A DNA stretch of 64,000 nt from Priapulus caudatus (Eukaryota). A model generated the notes under the pieces. The model was not told the DNA's origin. It ran no database searches and worked only from the letters and a program-made list of their open reading frames with translations. Location of the stretch: positions 467,423 through 531,422 of the forward strand of contig NW_014577080.1 of NCBI RefSeq assembly GCF_000485595.1, given 5' to 3'. Below, piece after piece: positions 55,792 to 64,000 of the stretch. The position numbers and the translations under genes were made by a program. Positions within the stretch are counted from its first letter, which is position 1. Each line of letters starts with the position of its first letter.

Positions 55792-58163
55792 GCCGTTCCA
55801 TCGAGTGTGATCATCTATCTCGTCCCGCTTCTATATAAAAAAAAAACATGGGAGTTGCTTTAGCGCTTGTCTTCTGCGAGTGACTGCATGTCGCGTGTCT
55901 GCTGTCTGCGGTGACATTCCCCCGCTGCTGCTAACGCGACGAGCAGCGACACACGCAATGCGCCTTATTAGAGTCGATATGAGAACGTTGATATATAAAT
56001 CAATTTCAGCTTAAACTTGCTACTTGTGCGTCAATTAAGCCGGTTTTTATATCGCGGTTAAATTCATCATGCCGAAGCAATTTATGCGGATTAGCTCGTT
56101 CTCTGCTGTAAGTGCCCGAGAGTAAATCAAGAGAGTCTTTATACATACGCGACAGAGCGGCGGTTGTTGCGACACATGCATGCAGTTCGAATCTCTCCGC
56201 CTAGACGCCCTCTATGGCCGTCAATGGATTGTAGAAAGAATGCGCGCGCTAACTAACTGAGAATACTAAAAACGTGGTTCTGACTGGTTTCTCCCCCATT
56301 CGATGTGGGCTTCCTAATGACAGCCCCGCCCAGTCAGCGTTATGACGCCGTCACTCGCGACTCTAGCTATATCTTTAGTTAATTTACTATATCGTTGTAC
56401 TTCCTGCTCGTGTGCTGCCGAATCCGGCGACTTTCATATACATGCAGTTTGTATGCTGCGCTATTATAAGTCTGCTAATTCTCATACAGCTTCTCTTTTT
56501 TTAGAAAATAACGTCTACCCGCTTGTTTGATTTATTATCACTATTAATGAGTGTTATTATTATTATTGCTTGAACGAAAGACAATGCAGTGGGTTGCGTA
56601 TCTGACTCCGCTTCTATCGGGGTCATTATTAGAGTGTTAATGGTAACTATGCGGTTATCGTGAGAAATTTGCCATTACTTTTAATAGGGGTGGATTTAAT
56701 TCTTACATGAGTTATAATAATAGAATTCCGTCAACTTACTGGTATCGACTGGAATGAAAGTAACGCTATCTCTTTGCTGTCTAACTATTGGTCTGTAGTT
56801 AAAGCCAATGTTTTTTTCATTTTCATGCCTACTCTAAGCGCATCTAGAGCTGCTGCGGCACTAGCATATTCGATTTCACTTAAGACACTCGGTTGCAAAG
56901 AAAATCATTCTACTTACAGGATTTTACGGGATTTCGCAGCGAAGAAGGAGACCATCCCTATTAGACCAAGTGAAACCTGAAACATTTTTGCTCGGGAAAT
57001 GAAAAAAATACTGAATTCGAGGCAGATCCAGTAGGGAAAAAAGTAGATAACTCTTGAGTATGAAGAAAGATTATAATCAGGAAATGGCATTTGATGTAGA
57101 AGGAAGTAGTAGTAAGACACATGTCTATATATTATATAATAGAGCAGAGCCGAGAATGGTCGTCGAAGTCGAGCACTTGAGTCGAGGATCTAGTACTACA
57201 CGTTACAGCACTGATCTATATCGATTTATACGACTTCATCTTCTGACATAGAACAAAGCTTGAATAGGGAAATAATATCATGCTCGGGCTTTGATTATTT
57301 GTCGAATCTAAGTAAAAAAAAAAGTATAATATGTTATGATGTGATGGCTCAAAGAAATCGTGTCATTTTTATCTTATTCTGAAGAGAAATTATAGATGTG
57401 AAAATACAAATTCTAGGATTGGGGTAAATATAGATTATGCTGACGTTGCCTGCATCGATTTTAATGCGGCATTTTTCGTAGTTATAAAACAAGTATATAT
57501 GTATAGGGATATTGACTCATCATAATCTATATGTATGATTACTAGCAGGCGATATTCTCGTGGAATATCACTAATAACATGTTGCAACAGTAAAGATGTG
57601 CTGTCTGTGACAACAATGTGCTAGTAAAACTTTTCTGCGCAATGCAAACTCACGACTCAGCTATTGTCGTGGAATGCAGTTTTCCATCTGATGTGATGTA
57701 TTTTAGCCCTAGTGCTAACCATGACACGACAATTTATACGGTGGAATATATGTGGAGAATTCGGACCCGTCGTATACCGTAAATTACTATACTACTACAA
57801 AACGAAAGTATGTTATGATTATTAATAGTATTTCCTCCTTGGTATGCGGTGAAATCGTATAGACATTGAAAACGATACTCTGAGGGTTAGGTGAGTAGGT
57901 TGGGTTTTCTTATTTTCGTTGCTTTTCTCGAACGCGTCGACATTTCTCTTTCCCCGGTTATTATGCGTGTCACGCTTCTTTTTCTCCACTTTGGACTTGG
58001 TCATCATGGGCGTCTTATCTCAATCGTTGTTTGTCTCAGTGCTGTTCAAATGCAATAATTCCTTGTCTCTTTCCCCCAATCTCTACTTGGGAACCCTGAA
58101 CCTTACTTAGCACTCTTATATATACCACTCACCGGATCCCTTGCTGCCATCTCGCTCTCTATT

Positions 58164-58211
<48 letters not shown>

Positions 58212-58367
58212 TCTCTCCTCTCTCTCTGCTCTCCTCTCGCATCGTCTGCTCTCTCTCTCTGCCTCTCGCGCTCTTTCTGCCTCTCTCTTCTCCTGCTCTC
58301 TCTCTCTCTCTCTCGTTCTCTCTCTATTCGCCCTCTCTCTCTCTCCACCTTCTCTCTCTCTCTCTTC

Positions 58368-58409
<42 letters not shown>

Positions 58410-58842
58410 CTCGCTCTCTCTCGCTGGCTTTCTCTCTCTTTCGCTCTCTCCCTCTCCCTCTCTCTATCTATCTATTTCTTTCGCTCTCTACTTATTTACC
58501 TGCCTATCCCTATCTCTATCTCTGCCTTTTGTACTTTCCCCCTTACACTCGATCTTGCACACTCGATTCATGCTTATCATTAACGGCACTCATCTTTTAC
58601 CAATCTTCAATCTGCCTCTGGAGTCTAGTTGGTGTAGGTTTCGCATTAAAGGCTATAGACTGTGTGGGCTGTTGAGTAGAGTAGAGTAGAGCACTACATA
58701 TCCGAATTCTTTCTATCACATGAGCGGGCGTTCTCTCGACGATTCCCCTAATGCCTGTTCAATGCTATATAGCTATTGCATAGTCCGGTCGCTATTATGT
58801 CCGTAATACATATATTAGAAAAATCTGCTCCGCGTTCTACAG

Positions 58843-59062
58843 GTGCTGGAGACGAATTGATGAGCAGTGTCGGGTCCCGAGTGTTGGCTGTGTGTGGTGT
58901 GGCCTGGGTCGCAGTTCGGGGGGCCTGCCGTGCGGTGGTGCACGGGGGATTAAAGCACGAGTGAGGCTTGACGGATGATGCGTAGGCAATACACGGGGAA
59001 GTGTGAAGTGCCGAGATGATGGCTGACACATCCGCAGAGCGTGATAGCGATCGACGTGAGCC
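58843..59062 (+). CDS. Candidate variable exon D: C-terminal part of the Ig V-like domain (frameshifted in assembly)
   Basis: Acceptor GTTCTACAG|GTG. Then TGG AGA CGA ATT GAT GAG CAG (WRRIDEQ), TTG GCT GTG (LAV), GCC TGG GTC GCA (AWVA), an IKH-VRLD-DA-G-Y-like stretch, TGT GAA GTG (CEV), and CCG CAG AGC GTG ATA GCG ATC GAC GTG AGC C|GTGAGT (PQSVIAIDVS, phase 1 donor at 59063). Confidence 0.6.
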
Positions 59063-59212
59063 GTGAGTGTACGCGTGACGACGACGTCGAGTGTTGTCGC
59101 CGCTCCGTCGTTGACGGTGTCGTAGCTCGTCGCTATGGTTTCGCTCGCGGCCGAATACTCGCCGTCACCTGGAGCTGGCCATTCGAAATCGCCCGCTGCT
59201 AGCGTGTTGACG

Positions 59213-59419
59213 GTTTGTGTGTGGTGTGTTGCTTGTGTGTGGTTGTGTGTGCTGTGCGGTGTGTGTGTGTGCGCGGCTGTGTGTGTTAGTGATCCGTGCT
59301 GGGTCGGGGGATTGTGTGTGGTGTGTGTGTGGTTGCTGTGTGTGGTGGCTGTGTTGTTTGTGCTGTGTGTTTTGTCGTGTGTGTGTGTGTGTGTGTGTGG
59401 TGGTGTGTGTGTGTCGTGG

Positions 59420-59454
<35 letters not shown>

Positions 59455-59994
59455 TTGTGTATGTGTCGTGTTTGTGTGTGGGCCGGTTTGTGTGGCGAAC
59501 GTGTGTCGGTGTGTTAGTGTGTGCGTGTGGTTGCTTGTGTGGTGTGTGTGTGTGTTGTCGAGGTGTGTGTCGTGTGTGCGTGTGGTGGGGTGTGTGTGTG
59601 TGTTTGTGTGTGTGTGCTGTTTCGTGTGTGTGTGTGTGGTGGGTGGTGGGGGTGTGCCGGTGCGGCTGTGTGTGTGTGTGTGTGTGTTTTGTTTGTGTGT
59701 GTGTGTGTGTATGTGTTGTGTATGTGGTTGTATTGTGTGTATGTGTGTGTGTATGTGTGTGTGGTTGTGCATGTGTTTGTGGGGTGTGTGTGGCATGTGT
59801 GTGCTGGTTGTATATGTGTGTGTGTTGTGTGTGTGTTTAGTGGTATTTGCTGTGTGTGTGTGTGGTGTGTGTGTGTGTCGTCTGGTGTGTGTGTGGGGTT
59901 TGTGTACGTGTGTGTGTGTGTGTGTGTGTGGGTGTGTGTTGTGTGTCAGGGAGTATATATGATATGGTGTGTTGCGGGAGGGCTCAGTTGTGTG

Positions 59995-60028
<34 letters not shown>

Positions 60029-60255
60029 TGTGTGTATGCCGCTCGCGCGTTCGCAGTGTGTGTGTGTGTTGTGTGCGGGTGGGTGCTGCGCGCGCACGGC
60101 GCGCGGGTGTAGTGTGGGTATGTTGTCTGTGCGCGCGCGTCGGCGTGCGCGTGGTGTGTGTATGTGCGTGCGTACACGCGTGTACGTGCGCGTGTGAGTG
60201 TGTGTGTATGTGCGTGTGTGTGCGTGCGTGCGTGCGCGCGCGCGTGTGTGTGTGA
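59213..60255. repeat. Degenerate (GT)n tract
   Basis: Directly visible. It is noisy, consistent with a long-read fill. Confidence 0.95.
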
Positions 60256-62268
60256 TTTAGAAATAGAAGCACGCAGTCTTGCTTACACCCATGGCTTCAA
60301 GGGTAGATTTGGCCGCCGGACGCAGGGAGTGCATAGCGAGATTATTGATCAGCTGCATGCGGCACTAAGGCGTAACCAAGTCACAAACGAGACTGTGAAC
60401 AGACGAACCCCTCGTTTACCTTTTCGCTGCGTGCTTCTTTGCCAGCCGACGTTGCTGACTTAGTTGGTAAATAATTTTAATCCGTGTTCATATCGTCTGC
60501 ATCGGGCCGCGCATGCGCTGTTCGGATGATATGGCACTTCAAAAATCCGATGTTATTATCCTCCCACGTATACATGCGGTGGGCGAACGGGGACGCAGCG
60601 CGTGGCTAAAGGGCAATACGCTAACGCAAACCTTGTTTCTGAGTGAGTGCTGGCAGCTGCGTGTGACTGCGTGCAGGTCAATGGTTCTTCCGCCTTATAT
60701 AGTCAATATAATCAATTACCACGAGTTCCCATCATTACTGCGACGTGCATACATAACGGTGTGCCGACAACGAAAATGTGGCGTGAAAGGTGGGAGGGTG
60801 ACGCAGTCTTCTATACTCTAGTCTCTTGGTCTATAGCTTTTAGTCGACCGAAACATCATGGCGGCTACCAGTGTTTTCTCCTCTTCTCGCATCTAAGTAA
60901 AAATATTCGGCCGTCTAAGTAAAAATAATTAAATTAAATTTATTATATTATTATTTATTATTATTTATTATCTATTTATTTATTTTATTTATTTTTTATT
61001 AAATATCTCATTAATTTCGGTAGCCTTTCGCAATAGTAGGTGCCAAGCACGTGTTTCGTTGTGACTGTGGGACATCGTAACGGCTGGACGGAAACCCGTC
61101 AGCATACCGTCGTAGATTTCTCGTGGAACCGTGAGCGAGCATCACCGAAGTGATTCTTTATTCATATAGCTGCTAGGCTGTCAGTACAAAGGTTCCGTCA
61201 ATTGAGTCTCATCGTGCTATCACTATTCTTGATATCATCTTTGAACACGCGTGCAACTAAAATGACTTCACGATATCACCCACTGCGACAACTCCTCATC
61301 AGAGGAAGCTCTTCTAGGCGTTTCTATCGAGGTTTTTATGAGTTTTTTCTCCTCGCTATTAAAGGAATATTGCGGCCGAATTGTTATTCATAGTGCTTCC
61401 CTATGCGATCTAATACGCGATTTGATTACAGTATATGATCATTCATAGCACGCTATCAAAACGCCCGCTCTGAAAGCAATTGTTTAGCTACTCTATACCC
61501 ATATACGTTTAAGCATACATAAGCGATGCTCATTTCCAGAGTAATAAAGAATAAAACTTCAAGGCTTCTATGAGACCTTTCGGCGCCTTACGGCAGTAAT
61601 AAAGAGGCCGCTGGACTATATTAGAAGCCATATTAAACCAAGCCCGTTGTTTTACGCATTAATGAACTATTAGATGGCTTGGGTGATCGACCGGTTTCTA
61701 CTAACATCGAGATCACAATTATCCATGACCGATGTTATATTAAAATTGAATAAATTTTGCGCATAAAAGCATATGCATCGCAAAAACAAACGCGCGAGTA
61801 AACATTGGTGAACTCCCGTTCTCTCAAAATGCAATTAGCAGTTGATGTTAATAAAGACGCCGACCCGAGGGGAATACATGCAAATGCAATAAGGCGGGAA
61901 CCTGGTGCCAGTAGTCTGCACTGGTGGAACGGCGGTCAGCGTGCACTGCTTTACGCCATTACGCTGATTCACGCACCGCTCCCTATTCTGAAGTAAAAGC
62001 CCACCGCGCGGGTGCCTGTGCGTGCGTGCGTGCGTGCGTGTGTGTGTGTGTGTGTGTGGTGCGTGCGTGGCGTGCGTGCATGGCGTGCGTGCGTGCGTGC
62101 GTGTGTGTGAGAGAGAGAGAGAGAGCGTGTGCGTGTGTAAGTGTGCGTGCGTGGCGTGCGTGTGTGCGTGCGTGCGTGCGTCCGTCCGTCCGTCCGTGCA
62201 TGCTACATGCGTGTGCAGATTGTTTAGTTAGGTTGTCAGGGCGTATGTCTGTTTGAGCGTGCGCGTAT

Positions 62269-62337
<69 letters not shown>

Positions 62338-62432
62338 AGATAGATACGCTGATTCATGCATCGCTCTATTCTGAAGTAAAAGCCCAATCGCGCTTATATA
62401 TAAACACACACATGCAAACACACACACACGCA

Positions 62433-62464
<32 letters not shown>

Positions 62465-62497
62465 ACGCACGCACGCACGGCACGCACGCACCGCACG

Positions 62498-62535
<38 letters not shown>

Positions 62536-63472
62536 CTGCTATAGGACTTGAAATTTTTTTGTCACGGATTTTTTTACGAGAAACTGAAATGGCTTTACAT
62601 AGATTGCTAAGATGCTGCCGCTGCGTTGTACAGTCGGAAGGGTGACACAACGTGTCACGGTTAGACGTCATCTTGCCTGCAGTGGTCTGTTCATTTAGCA
62701 CGTTGAGAGGCTAGGCCAAGTCGCGTTAGAAGGGATCGATGTTAATGTCTCTGAAGAAGTCAGGTTGCGGCCGCATCTTCTGTCATATGCTCCCTCCGCC
62801 GAGACGTGCTCTGTGGCGTTGCACGGATGCGAACGCACGACTTTCTTTACTACCGTGCAGAGCACGAGCATTTAGCTCTCCTTACATTTCAGTTTTATTG
62901 GGTTTCTGGGGGCGATTTCTATTCCGTAAACGACATGCCTCGGCTACCGTTGCCGTTACGCGCTCTCCCACCGGAGCAATTTATCCCAATGTTGGAATAC
63001 GAGTATGCAGTAGTGCCCTCGCCTATACAGCGAGGACCGACTACGTAAGTAACACAACAGCTCATCCTAGCACGGATATAGAATGGCATCACCGCGTGCG
63101 TGCAGTTCTGCTGGATCGAACGCTCATCGATATACGAATTAGCCGCTGCAATAGTGCGATGTAGGCTCATTAATAACAGTTATTAAACATCGTTATTAGA
63201 CGTAATAAGGACTAATTCGCATCGCGAAATTAGCGACTGAACTCGCAGTGAAATTATGGAACAGTATTCGTGTATATATAAGTGAACGAGTGAAATACGG
63301 GCGGTGTAAATTTGAGTTATTATAAAAATGAACAAGTTGTCTTGACCCCAGATAGTAAGCGATGTAAACGTACACTGGTAAGCTATAAATATGCCACGCG
63401 AAAAAAGACGTTATACACCAACTCCACGTGTGCACATATGCGCACACGTGCACACGCACGCGCGAAGACGTG

Positions 63473-63543
<71 letters not shown>

Positions 63544-64000
63544 CATCACCACACACACGCGCGCGCGCGCGCAAAAGCTTACTGCGTTTCGTACGACTGT
63601 ACCTGTAGTAAACGCTTGCTTGACATTAATTCTCGGTGAGGCATCAGTGCATTTCACTCTTTAGATGTTAAACACGGTTAACACAAGAAAATCCACGACG
63701 GAACGAGTGACGACGCATCGGCGCTGTACGTCCACTTAACGCGCACTATATAACTGCCGCAACCCACCCGCTGTGGAATTACGCTCGCTAGAATCTTCAC
63801 GACGCAGGTTGACTCCATGAAACACGTTGAGGTGGCATATCAGGCTTTTGCCACGCACGTTTGTGCTGCACGCCGAACACGCTGTTATTCACACACAGCC
63901 ACCGTAGCAATCGTCGCACAGTCGGTAACGGCGACTGCTACGGTGGCTGTGTCGTAGCCATAACATCAGGAGTGTATAATATAGTCAGATCATATGCATG

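Noticed and set aside
58837..60177. Minus-strand 446-aa ORF with a natural-looking segment (GDFEWPAPGDGEYSAASET...)
   Set aside because: It is mostly (CA)n. The unique part is better explained as the antisense of + strand exon D and its GC-rich downstream intron.
62893..63048. CATTTCAG|FYWVSGGDFYSVND... as another xxW exon
   Set aside because: It lacks the DDxR, WxLxI and DxGxYxC motifs and runs into a stop codon.

Overview
This is eukaryotic (metazoan, probably invertebrate) genomic DNA. It is overwhelmingly non-coding, rich in microsatellites and non-autonomous transposons, and has three N gaps plus several indel-rich segments that look like raw long-read gap fills. Almost every ORF in the supplied track is a repeat artefact. 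The one supportable gene is a + strand, intron-rich immunoglobulin-superfamily cell-surface gene of the lachesin/DIP/Dpr/IgLON type. A single clean exon (18141-18256, phase 1 to 0) encodes the N-terminal part of a V-like Ig domain up to just before the C-strand Trp. Downstream, about 8-11 kb apart, are four mutually divergent exons (~29.97k, ~38.05k, 49.25k with a near-identical copy at 53.58k, and 58.84k). Each encodes the same remaining part of that domain (xxW...G...DDxR...WxLxI...DxGxYxCxV...), and I found no intervening N-terminal-half exon. The main hypothesis is a Dscam-like array of mutually exclusive half-Ig exons that swaps the ligand-binding face of a lachesin/DIP-like protein. All four variable exons are frameshifted in this assembly, so transcript data are needed. 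Other content includes a solo LTR with a nested telomere-repeat MITE, Tc1/pogo-like and hAT-like MITEs, Helitron/Helentron-like elements, a 1-kb foldback element, and two local ~2 kb duplications that are probably assembly artefacts.
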